From IMG/VR virus record IMGVR_UViG_2933953506_000001, positions 2,540 through 66,539 of that record: a DNA stretch of 64,000 nt; one strand, given 5' to 3'. The notes below the pieces were generated by a model, which had not been told where the DNA came from, searched no databases, and was given only the letters and a program-made list of their open reading frames with translations. Position 1 is the first letter of the stretch. Every line of letters starts with the position of its first letter. The translations under genes were made by a program, and so were the position numbers. Below are positions 56,583-64,000 of the stretch, in pieces. The stretch is from a virus (taxonomy: Duplodnaviria; Caudoviricetes).

Positions 56583-56915
56583 ATGAAGATCTTCGGCCGG
56601 GAGCCAGCGCTCATCATCTCCACCCTGAGTGCCGTGCTCTCCCTCGTCGTCACCTTCAACGTCGGCATAAGTGGCGAGCAGGCGGGCGCGATCGTCGCCA
56701 TCACCTCCGCCGTGTTCGGCGCCATCACCGCGGCCTTGACGCGGCCCGTCGCGCCGTCCGCGTTCACCGCCGTCGTTGCCGCCGGGGCTGCGCTGCTGGC
56801 CGCCTACGGGCTGAACGTGTCGGCCGAGACGGTGGGCGCGACGAACGCGGTCGTGCTGGCGGTGCTCGCGCTGCTGACGCGCGGCCAGGTGTCCCCGAAG
56901 GGAGCCGCAGCGTGA
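56583..56915 (+). CDS. holin
   Basis: MKIFGREPAL; 4 TM segments; after endolysin. Confidence 0.82.
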   Translation: MKIFGREPALIISTLSAVLSLVVTFNVGISGEQAGAIVAITSAVFGAITAALTRPVAPSAFTAVVAAGAALLAAYGLNVSAETVGATNAVVLAVLALLTRGQVSPKGAAA

Positions 56916-57148
56916 GCAGCCCGCTGGACGGACGCATCCGCGCGATGGCCCGTGAGGAGGCTGCCGCGCTGCTCGGTGTCGCTTCGGCCACCCCGTCCGG
57001 CAGCGGCCCGGACCGGGTGGAGGAGCTGGCGAAGGAAGTGGCCGAACTCCGTGCCCTCGTCGAAAACCTCGCCACGAAGGAGCCGACGGCTCAGGCCAGT
57101 CCGGAGGAGCGGCCGGCCGCACGTCGCACCCGAAAGGCCAGCGAGTGA
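56912..57148 (+). CDS. small coiled-coil protein
   Basis: GTGA coupling both sides. Confidence 0.6.
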   Translation: MSSPLDGRIRAMAREEAAALLGVASATPSGSGPDRVEELAKEVAELRALVENLATKEPTAQASPEERPAARRTRKASE

Positions 57149-58224
57149 AGGTTGTGGTCTACCCGGCCGACCGTTGGGGGTGCGGCAGCTTCCGCATGGT
57201 CTGGCCTGGCGAGCAGTGCGCCGCGGCCGGCCACGACGTCGCCGTGGTCGGCGCTGGCGCGCGGTCGGTGCGCTTGGTCATGGAGCGGGACACGGTCCGG
57301 GACGTCCTTGTCGACGGCGTGGACGTGGTCGTGCTGCAGCGGGTCACGCACGCTTACATGGCGCAGGCCGTCAGCGTGCTCCGTGCGAAGGGTGTCGCGG
57401 TGGTTGTCGACGTCGATGACGACCTCTCCTCCATCCACCCCTCGAACCCGGCGTGGGCAATGCACCACCCTGGGAACGAGGGCAGGCGGATGGTGGGCGG
57501 GCAGGTGAACCGGCACTCGTGGCGCAACCTCGCGCGCGCGTGCCGTGACGCCACGCTGGTGACGGTGTCCACGCCGGCGCTGCTGGACGTGTACGCGCGG
57601 CACGGGCGCGGCGTGGTGCTGCCGAACTACCTGCCGGACCACTACTACGGGCTGCCGCGCACGGACTCGGATGCGATCGGCTGGCCGGGCTCGTTCCACT
57701 CGCATCCGAATGATCCGGAGGTGGTGGGCGGGGCTGTTGCGCGCCTCGTCGAGGAGGGCGCGCGGTTCGAGATGCGCGGCGACAGTACGGGCGCGGGCGC
57801 GGCGTTCGGGCTGGCGTCGGATCCGCCGGGGGGCGGGGTGCCGATCGAGCAGTGGCCGGCCGCTGTCGCCTCGCTGGGGGTGGGGATCGCGCCGCTGGCC
57901 GACACGCGCTTCAACGCAGCCAAGAGCTGGCTGAAGCCGCTGGAGATGTCGGCGTGCGGGGTGCCGTGGGTGGCGTCGCCGCGGGCCGAATATGCGCGGT
58001 TGCACGCTTTGGGCGCGGGTGTATTGGCGGACCGACCGCGGTCTTGGTATCGGGAGTTGAAGCGGCTGCGAGAGTCGGCCGCACTCAGGCAGGAGTTGTC
58101 GGAAACGGGGCGCGCAGTGGCCGAGCATCTGCGGCTACGAGACAACGCCTGGCGGTGGGCCGAGGCTTGGGCCAAGGCGTACGAGTTGCAGCAGGCTACG
58201 CCGCGGTCGCGGGTAGCGGTGTAG
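57145..58224 (+). CDS. GT-B fold glycosyltransferase (GT4-like)
   Basis: GCGSFRMVWP, VLQR, DVDDD, TVSTPAL, IGWPGS, IAPLADTRFNAAKSWLKPLE. Confidence 0.85.
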   Translation: MKVVVYPADRWGCGSFRMVWPGEQCAAAGHDVAVVGAGARSVRLVMERDTVRDVLVDGVDVVVLQRVTHAYMAQAVSVLRAKGVAVVVDVDDDLSSIHPSNPAWAMHHPGNEGRRMVGGQVNRHSWRNLARACRDATLVTVSTPALLDVYARHGRGVVLPNYLPDHYYGLPRTDSDAIGWPGSFHSHPNDPEVVGGAVARLVEEGARFEMRGDSTGAGAAFGLASDPPGGGVPIEQWPAAVASLGVGIAPLADTRFNAAKSWLKPLEMSACGVPWVASPRAEYARLHALGAGVLADRPRSWYRELKRLRESAALRQELSETGRAVAEHLRLRDNAWRWAEAWAKAYELQQATPRSRVAV

Positions 58225-58582
58225 CGGAGATCGGCTCCTCGCGCACGTCCCGAATCCACGACACCCCGCACGCGAGGCAGAGTTCGTGCGGGTCGGCGTA
58301 CACGAGGTCGGTGGACAGGCAGAGGGGGCATTTCGCGCGGGTGCGGACGCGCCGCAGCTGGTTGCGCTGGTACGTGGTCGTGCCACCCCAGTAGCCCTCA
58401 GCGCCGTGGAGCATCGCCCACGCCAGGCACTTGGTGCGCACGTCGCAGGTGCGACACCACTGCTGCGCCTCGATGACACCCTCGTCGGATTCGACGTCTG
58501 GAACAAAGTCCAAGTCGGCCGTGGCGCAGGGCGCGTTGGTCTGCCAGGCGACGTCATCGGCGGAGAAATACTCGATGTCCAC
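58196..58582 (-). CDS. whiB: WhiB-family transcription factor with C-terminal zinc ribbon
   Basis: WQTNAPC...C-x2-C-x5-C...GYWGGTT; CPLC...CLAC. Confidence 0.85.
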   Translation of the reverse strand: MDIEYFSADDVAWQTNAPCATADLDFVPDVESDEGVIEAQQWCRTCDVRTKCLAWAMLHGAEGYWGGTTTYQRNQLRRVRTRAKCPLCLSTDLVYADPHELCLACGVSWIRDVREEPISATPLPATAA

Positions 58583-58593
58583 GCCGCCCCCGC

Positions 58594-58842
58594 TCACGGG
58601 CACGGGGTGCTGTCGGCGACCGACCAGACGATGACGCCGTCGACCGCGCAGGTGCGGATCCGCCCCTGCCTTTTGAGGCGTTGCACGCACAGTTGCACGG
58701 TGGGCCGGTCGAGGCTGGTGGCTTCGGCGAGAGCGGCGCGGGATCCGGTGCCGTCGACGATGAGTTGGTAGACCTGTTCGTCGCGGGCGGCGACGTTCGG
58801 GTCGCGGGGGCGGCCGGGGCGACGCTGGGCGGTCGACTGCAT
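58594..58842 (-). CDS. AT-hook + winged-HTH DNA-binding protein
   Basis: RPGRPR; SRAALAEATSLDRPTVQLCVQRLKRQGRI. Confidence 0.75.
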   Translation of the reverse strand: MQSTAQRRPGRPRDPNVAARDEQVYQLIVDGTGSRAALAEATSLDRPTVQLCVQRLKRQGRIRTCAVDGVIVWSVADSTPCP

Positions 58843-59045
58843 GACAGGCTCGCATTCACTTGACCGGTCGGCTGAATACCAGTATGCACCTGCCGGAATA
58901 TGACAACCCAACCTCATGCGAAACTCCCCACCGAAAGCCCTTGCGCAGCAAGCCCGGGAGGACCCCGATGAACATGCCCAATACGCCCGGCCCGCGCACC
59001 GCGGGTGCCTAACCTGCCCCGTGAGCGCGTCGGGAAGGTGGTGGC

Positions 59046-59312
59046 GTGGACGCGGCCATGGTCACGGCGATCGCAGCACTGATCGGCGGCCCCGTGACCG
59101 TGCTCGGCGCCATGTACGGAACCCGCGGCGCGAACAAGGCAGCCCGGGAGGGCTCAGCGGTGACGGGATTCAACAGCCTCACAGACCAGCTCCAAGAGGA
59201 GCTGAAGGAGAAGCGCACCGAGCTCGTGGCGGCGCGCACCGAGCTGGCCGCAGAGAAGGCAGAGAGCGCGCGCCTGCGCCTGCTGGTGCAGCAACTCGGG
59301 GGGACACCATGA
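59046..59312 (+). CDS. membrane-anchored coiled-coil protein (lysis accessory)
   Basis: N-terminal TM followed by heptads. Confidence 0.7.
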   Translation: MDAAMVTAIAALIGGPVTVLGAMYGTRGANKAAREGSAVTGFNSLTDQLQEELKEKRTELVAARTELAAEKAESARLRLLVQQLGGTP

Positions 59313-59974
59313 CCCGCACGCAAACCGTGCTGTACCGGGCGCGGCATGGACTATGGACGGTCGGCATCATCCTGTTCCTGGGCGGCGCACTGGCCGTGGT
59401 GTGGCTCCTCGTCGACCGCGCCGAACTCGCGAACCGGCTAGAAGCCGAGGCCAACCTCCGCGGGTCGGCCGTGTCGACACTGGCCGGCGATGTGCGGGCG
59501 CTGAGAGCCCAAGTGCAGGCCGAAGGGAAGACGCCGGTTGCGCCTGACCCGACGAAGGCTGTTGAGGACTTGCCGGATCGGGCTGAGGTTCCGGTGCCGA
59601 TCCCGGGGCCGGCCGGGCCGGCGGGTTCGCCGGGGGCGTCGGGTGAGCCGGGTAAGGCCGGGGCGTCCGGCCAGCCGGGAACGCCTGGCGCGGATGGTGC
59701 GGTTGGGCCCACTGGTCCGGCTGGGCCTGCGGGGCCTCAGGGCGAGCCGGGCCCGGCCGGACCCCAGGGCGCACCCGGGGCTGCAGGTGTCGATGGCCAG
59801 GACGGCCGCGATGGGCCGTCATGCCCGGACGGCTACTCGCTGCAGGCGCCCTCCTACGACCCGGACGCACTGGTATGCCGGAAGGACGACGCGCCGGACC
59901 CGTCGCCAGGGAACGGGAATGGTGGCGGCGGGTTGTCGCTGGCGTTGGATCCGCAGCGCCGACAGTACGCGTGA
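59309..59974 (+). CDS. membrane-anchored collagen-like protein
   Basis: N-terminal TM, coil, about 24 Gly-X-Y triplets, CPDGY...C. Confidence 0.8.
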   Translation: MTRTQTVLYRARHGLWTVGIILFLGGALAVVWLLVDRAELANRLEAEANLRGSAVSTLAGDVRALRAQVQAEGKTPVAPDPTKAVEDLPDRAEVPVPIPGPAGPAGSPGASGEPGKAGASGQPGTPGADGAVGPTGPAGPAGPQGEPGPAGPQGAPGAAGVDGQDGRDGPSCPDGYSLQAPSYDPDALVCRKDDAPDPSPGNGNGGGGLSLALDPQRRQYA

Positions 59975-59991
59975 GCGGCGTCCGGCTGCGG

Positions 59992-60192
59992 TCAGGTGGC
60001 CGGGTGCCGGACGATCCGCTTGAGTCCCATCTCGACGGTGTACCGGTCGTGCCCGCCCTCGGCCGCGAACTCCGTCACGGCGGTTTGTACGGCGGCCGCC
60101 GTATCGACGGTGAGGCGTCCGGCCTGGATCTCGTGCCAGGCGCGGGTCTCCAGGGCGAGTAGGGGTGCGGGGAAGTCGAAGGTCTGTGCCAC
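59992..60192 (-). CDS. small hypothetical protein
   Basis: FDFPAPLLALE...RYTVEMGLKRIVRH. Confidence 0.65.
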   Translation of the reverse strand: MAQTFDFPAPLLALETRAWHEIQAGRLTVDTAAAVQTAVTEFAAEGGHDRYTVEMGLKRIVRHPAT

Positions 60193-60201
60193 GGGCGGAT
60201 C

Positions 60202-60393
60202 CTATGCGGCGGTGGTGATCTCTTCCGCCCGTAGCTGCTGCTCGGCCGCCACCCACTCGTCCCGCAACTGCTCATACCGGGCCCGTGTCGGCCCCCACAG
60301 CCAACCACCCGTGGCCACCATCAGGGCGTGGATCTCCGCCTGCACGGCCGCAGCAGACCGCACAGGGCCAAGGCCAGAGGTGGTGGGGGGCAT
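60202..60393 (-). CDS. small hypothetical protein
   Basis: VRSAAAVQAEIHAL...YEQLRDEW. Confidence 0.6.
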   Translation of the reverse strand: MPPTTSGLGPVRSAAAVQAEIHALMVATGGWLWGPTRARYEQLRDEWVAAEQQLRAEEITTAA

Positions 60394-60429
60394 GGCCCCA
60401 GTTTAGTGATCGCAGGCCCCGAACACTCA

Positions 60430-60975
60430 TCACGATCCCGCCGACTTCCTCTCCACGGCGTCGAGCACCAGATGCCACGGATACTCCTTTGGCTTCCCCT
60501 GGCCCGGCTGGTTCGGCACGAACCCGCCCTCCCCGTACAGGACGTCCACGCCCATCTCACGGAGCTCGGCGACACTCCGCTCGAACTGCCGGTGCTGGAC
60601 GTAGGCCGCGTTCACGCACGGCATCGCCACGATCGGGATCCCCTTGCCGATGCCCTCGGCGACGACCCCGATCACGAAGTCGCGGGTGAGGCCCAGCGCC
60701 CACGCGTTCACCGAGTTGAAGGTGGCCGGCGCAAAGGCGATCACGTCCGCCTTCGGCCACACATCCGCCGTCCCGGGCAGCTTGTACTCCGAACGCACCG
60801 GATGCCCAGTCAGCTCCTCCAGCGCGGGCATCTGGCCGCCCAGCCACCGGGCGGCGGTCGGGGTCAGGCCGAGGCACACGTCGAAGCCACGCCGCTGCGC
60901 GTCCTCGATCACCTTCGCCACGTCGTGGACGGGCGGCGCCGCCGAGCCGAACAGGTACAGCACAGGAGAGGTCAT
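60430..60975 (-). CDS. HFCD-family flavoprotein (CoaC/EpiD-like fold)
   Basis: TPTA, ADVIAFAPATFNS, PIVAMPCVN motifs. Confidence 0.85.
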   Translation of the reverse strand: MTSPVLYLFGSAAPPVHDVAKVIEDAQRRGFDVCLGLTPTAARWLGGQMPALEELTGHPVRSEYKLPGTADVWPKADVIAFAPATFNSVNAWALGLTRDFVIGVVAEGIGKGIPIVAMPCVNAAYVQHRQFERSVAELREMGVDVLYGEGGFVPNQPGQGKPKEYPWHLVLDAVERKSAGS

Positions 60976-61094
60976 GCCACCTATCCGATCACATGCAACC
61001 GCCCCCGCTCCGGGAGGAGTCGGGGGCGGACGCCTGACGCATGCAATTGCACGCGAGTAACGTTCCAGATGACGAGTCAGGAACGGAGACCAGT

Positions 61095-62279
61095 ATGCCC
61101 TCACCCGACGACAACCACACCGGCACCCGCATCCGCGAACAGCGAAAGCTGGCCAGGCTCACACAACGCCAGTTGGCCGACCGGATCCCCTACTCGTACA
61201 GCCTCCTCAACCAAGTCGAGTGCGGGGCCCGCCCAGCAACGGCCGACTTCGTGGCCGCAGTCTCCCGCGCCCTACAAGTGGACGTCACCAGCCTCACAGG
61301 ACAGCCCTACGTGACCGAGCTCCAACGCGACCGGCTCGCCGAACTCGTCCGCCCCATCCGCGAAGCACTCGACCTGTACGACCTCGGCGCCAACCCGGCC
61401 CTCACCTGCCGACCGCCCGCCGTCCTCGTCGCCGAAGCGGACCGGCTGTGCGGGCAGGTCCGCGCCACCCACCTCCGCAACGCCGCCCGCGCCCTGCCGG
61501 GGGCCATCGCCGAACTCACCCACACCGCTTGGGCCACGCCATCCACCCAGCTGTGGCAGGCCCTCGCCTCCACCTACCGCACCGCACACGACATCAGCGT
61601 CAAGCTCGGCTACTACGACCTGTCCGCAGTCGCCCTGGACCGCATGGCGTGGGCCGCCGAACGCGCCTCAGACCCCTGCTTGGGCGCGGTCCGCCAGTAC
61701 ATGCGCGCCCTCGTCTACTTCCGGGAAGGCGAGTACACGATCGGGCAGCGCCTCGTCGCCGCCGGCCACGGCATCGTCGGCCAGGCCGAAGCAACCCGCG
61801 AGGCCCTGGCTGTGACGGGGCAGCTCCACCTCGGAGGCTCCGTCATCGCCGCCCGGGCCGACGACGTGGGCGCCGTCGTGGACCACATCGGCGAAGCCCG
61901 GAAGATCGCGCGCCGGACCGGCGACGCCAGCGAGGTGCACTGGCTGTCGTTCGGGCCGGCCAACGTGGCAATGCACCGCATGTCTGCCGCTGTGGAGATG
62001 GGCCAGTACGACAACGCTCTGAAGCAGGCCCGCAAGATTCGCCTGCCCGCCTCGGTTGCAACGTCCCGGCGGGCGCACTTCCTCATCGACTGGGCGCGCA
62101 CGGAGATGGAGACTGGCCACACGGAGAGGGCGCTGGAGCATCTCGTGGACGCCCGCCGCGCGGCACCGGAGCAGACCCGCTACCACCCGGGCGCGCGGGA
62201 GACGATCCGCGGCCTGGTGCATACGGCGCGGCGGACGCCGGACACGCTGAACTACATGGCGGCCTGGGTCGGCTTGTAA
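61095..62279 (+). CDS. XRE-family HTH regulator with helical (TPR-like) C-terminal domain
   Basis: RIREQRKLARLTQRQLADRIPYSYSLLNQVECG; FGPANVAMH, APEQTRYHP. Confidence 0.9.
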   Translation: MPSPDDNHTGTRIREQRKLARLTQRQLADRIPYSYSLLNQVECGARPATADFVAAVSRALQVDVTSLTGQPYVTELQRDRLAELVRPIREALDLYDLGANPALTCRPPAVLVAEADRLCGQVRATHLRNAARALPGAIAELTHTAWATPSTQLWQALASTYRTAHDISVKLGYYDLSAVALDRMAWAAERASDPCLGAVRQYMRALVYFREGEYTIGQRLVAAGHGIVGQAEATREALAVTGQLHLGGSVIAARADDVGAVVDHIGEARKIARRTGDASEVHWLSFGPANVAMHRMSAAVEMGQYDNALKQARKIRLPASVATSRRAHFLIDWARTEMETGHTERALEHLVDARRAAPEQTRYHPGARETIRGLVHTARRTPDTLNYMAAWVGL

Positions 62280-62284
62280 GCCGC

Positions 62285-62338
62285 GCTCACAGTGCTCACA
62301 AATCTGTGAGCGTTGTCGTTCCCGCACGCTTCTACGGT
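62285..62338 (+). promoter_or_regulatory. operator-like repeats and -10 element
   Basis: gctcaca-gt-gctcaca-aatc-tgtgagc; TACGGT at 62333. Confidence 0.5.
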
Positions 62339-62374
62339 CATTGATGTGAGACGGATCACCGTGACTGTGGAGGC

Positions 62375-62728
62375 GTGACGATGGCACCAGAACCCGCCGT
62401 GACCTGCGGCATGCCCAAGCATGAGGCGCTCGTCCTGCTGCCCATCCCCAGCCTCGACGGCCTCGTCGAGCGACAGCTTCGCGGCTACGTGTGCGTGTGG
62501 GGCGGCGAGGAACTCGCCAACGCCACGGCCGTCAACCTCGGCCCGCGGCAGAAGAAGCGCCTCGGCAGCACGTACCGGATCTTCCCCCGCGCCTGCCCCG
62601 CCTGCGTCCGCGAGGCCGCCATACGAGCCCTCCGTGAGCATGACGGCATGTGCGAGCAGTGCACAGACGACGCCTCCCACTGCGACACCCGGCGCGCGCT
62701 GGAAGAACTCCGCGGAGCCAGTCGGTGA
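62375..62728 (+). CDS. Cys-rich hypothetical protein
   Basis: CVW...FPRACPAC...H..CEQC...C; GGAGG RBS. Confidence 0.65.
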   Translation: MTMAPEPAVTCGMPKHEALVLLPIPSLDGLVERQLRGYVCVWGGEELANATAVNLGPRQKKRLGSTYRIFPRACPACVREAAIRALREHDGMCEQCTDDASHCDTRRALEELRGASR

Positions 62729-62913
62729 CCGCCGCAACTGACAGCGCAGACCTGTCTACCGAATGCACCCTCGCACGGCAGCCCGCCTACAAGGACGTAC
62801 ACGCCATGTGCCGCCAGACCAAAGACGTGCCGCTGCCGCACTCCACCGGGATCCTGCTGGTGCGCCGCTGCCGCTGCTCCTGCCACCGACACTCGGGAGG
62901 CCCGCAGCTATGA
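62725..62913 (+). CDS. small Cys-rich protein
   Basis: GTGA overlap; CRCSCH. Confidence 0.55.
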   Translation: MTAATDSADLSTECTLARQPAYKDVHAMCRQTKDVPLPHSTGILLVRRCRCSCHRHSGGPQL

Positions 62914-63092
62914 GAAGCCCCGTAGACCGTCTGTTCCCGCTGCCCAAGCCCGAGCCTGCTCCTGCGTGCAGGATTTGCGCCGACCTGGATCGCAAGCGGG
63001 CCGCAGCGCTGGCTGAGGGCGACTTGTCGCGGGTGTCGGACTGCAACGTCGGCCTTCGCGCTCACGGCAAGCACGCGCCGATATCCCGTTAG
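62910..63092 (+). CDS. small Cys-containing protein
   Basis: CRIC...DLSRVSDCNV...H; ATGA overlap. Confidence 0.6.
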   Translation: MRSPVDRLFPLPKPEPAPACRICADLDRKRAAALAEGDLSRVSDCNVGLRAHGKHAPISR

Positions 63093-63370
63093 TCTCCCCG
63101 GCCGCCGCGATCCGCACGCGGTCCCCGGGGTGGCCGCCGCCTGTGAAGGGGAGGGCGGCCAGGGGCCCGCCGTCGTGCGTTCACCCCGTGCGCCGGCGGC
63201 GGGCCCGCTTGGCAGGCGGCCTCTTGATCCCGTGGCCAGAGCTTGACCTTTCGTTACGCATTCGGTCGGGCCGTGCACAACCTGTCAGATATATGCAGCC
63301 CGCATCTTCCGTTACCGGCGGTTTACCGCTTGACTAACGGTCAAGGAAGGAGCGGCAGACTATGCCACTG

Positions 63371-64000
63371 TCACCCGCCCTGTCTGCGTGCCGCCAACCG
63401 AATGTTCCACCGATCCATCGGCAAGATCAGATCGGCAGTCTCCAGGGGGCGACCTTCATGGTCGAAGCGAGTGCGCACCACGCGAAACGCCACGGCGTCC
63501 ACCAACAGCCCCAATGCGTGCGCCTGCTCGACCGACAACTCCACGCACCCCAGCTCGGCCGCGTAGGAAGCGTGCAGACCCCGCCGGCCCCGCCACCACG
63601 ACGACACGAGCATCGCCGACCGGCCGCCCGGATCGAGACACTCCAGCGCCTCGTGATGCAGGGACACTCCCGCCGGGACCCCAAGACGGTACGCCAACTC
63701 CACCGTGGCGGGACGCGGGCGGGTGTCGGTGGTCTCGCTGGCGAAAGGCCACTCCGCGTCCGGGTCGGTGAGGGTGCGCATAGCAGGAGGATGCGCCACA
63801 TAGACCGCACGCCGCTCCTCACCCTCAAGAACTCCCTGCTGCCGAAGCAGCCTGTGGGCGAGCCTCATGGTCTGCGGGTGGACGCCGTACTCGGCCGCCA
63901 TTGCGCGTCGTGAGGGCAGGTCTTCGCCTGCCGCCCATTCGCCGGCTTCGATGCGGCGGCGAATGTCGGCGGCGATGCGGCGGAACCGCGCTTCTGGCAA
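63371..64000 (-). CDS. GntR-family regulator with degenerate UTRA-like domain (start may lie outside window)
   Basis: FRRIAADIRRRIEAGEW...LPSRRAMAAEYGV...LRQQGVL; RVVRTRFD...PLETAD. Confidence 0.85.
   Translation of the reverse strand: MPEARFRRIAADIRRRIEAGEWAAGEDLPSRRAMAAEYGVHPQTMRLAHRLLRQQGVLEGEERRAVYVAHPPAMRTLTDPDAEWPFASETTDTRPRPATVELAYRLGVPAGVSLHHEALECLDPGGRSAMLVSSWWRGRRGLHASYAAELGCVELSVEQAHALGLLVDAVAFRVVRTRFDHEGRPLETADLILPMDRWNIRLAARRQGG

Larger units (their letters stand above)
1..64000. mobile_element. Streptomyces-type temperate siphovirus/prophage (ends not resolved in window)
   Basis: Ordered terminase-portal-protease-capsid-tail-tape measure-endolysin-holin module plus phage-type replication/recombination genes and dense overlapping (ATGA/GTGA) small ORFs. 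Confidence 0.95.

Noticed and set aside
58893-58925. CCGGAATATGAC as a seventh late promoter
   Set aside because: Core diverges and no convincing TAnnnT/CACAAT at the 27-28 nt offset
59600-59820. GC-rich 9-bp periodic repeats
   Set aside because: Explained by collagen Gly-X-Y coding

Overview
High-GC actinobacterial (Streptomyces-like) temperate siphovirus or prophage filling essentially the whole window. No integrase, tRNA, rRNA or CRISPR array was seen. Layout: (1) 0.15-21.1 kb rightward early/middle region with recombination, replication and DNA-methylation genes (PD-(D/E)XK exonuclease, gp3-like RDF, DnaQ exonuclease, C5 and N4/N6 MTases, WhiB, ParB/DGQHR, Rep, SLOG, HAD), interrupted by an inverted GIY-YIG-HTH/HTH cassette. 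(2) 21.1-27.1 kb plasmid-like module: a stop-interrupted Rep-like gene, an HTH regulator with operator, and a DUF2637/Spd-like membrane operon with embedded DNA repeat arrays. (3) 27.2-31.4 kb RHH switch with three palindromic operators between divergent small-gene operons. (4) 31.4-60 kb late region: terS, a sugar-synthesis/glycosyltransferase/methyltransferase cluster, terL, portal, a 2H-phosphoesterase-MuF-protease fusion, two capsid-like proteins, tail genes with a probable -1 frameshift, endolysin/holin, another glycosyltransferase and a second WhiB. (5) 60-64 kb flavoprotein/XRE-TPR pair and a GntR regulator. A conserved CCGGAATGATCTT-N14-TACCGT/CACAAT promoter-like motif marks six late-gene starts. 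All family names come from motifs recognised by eye; no database search was run.
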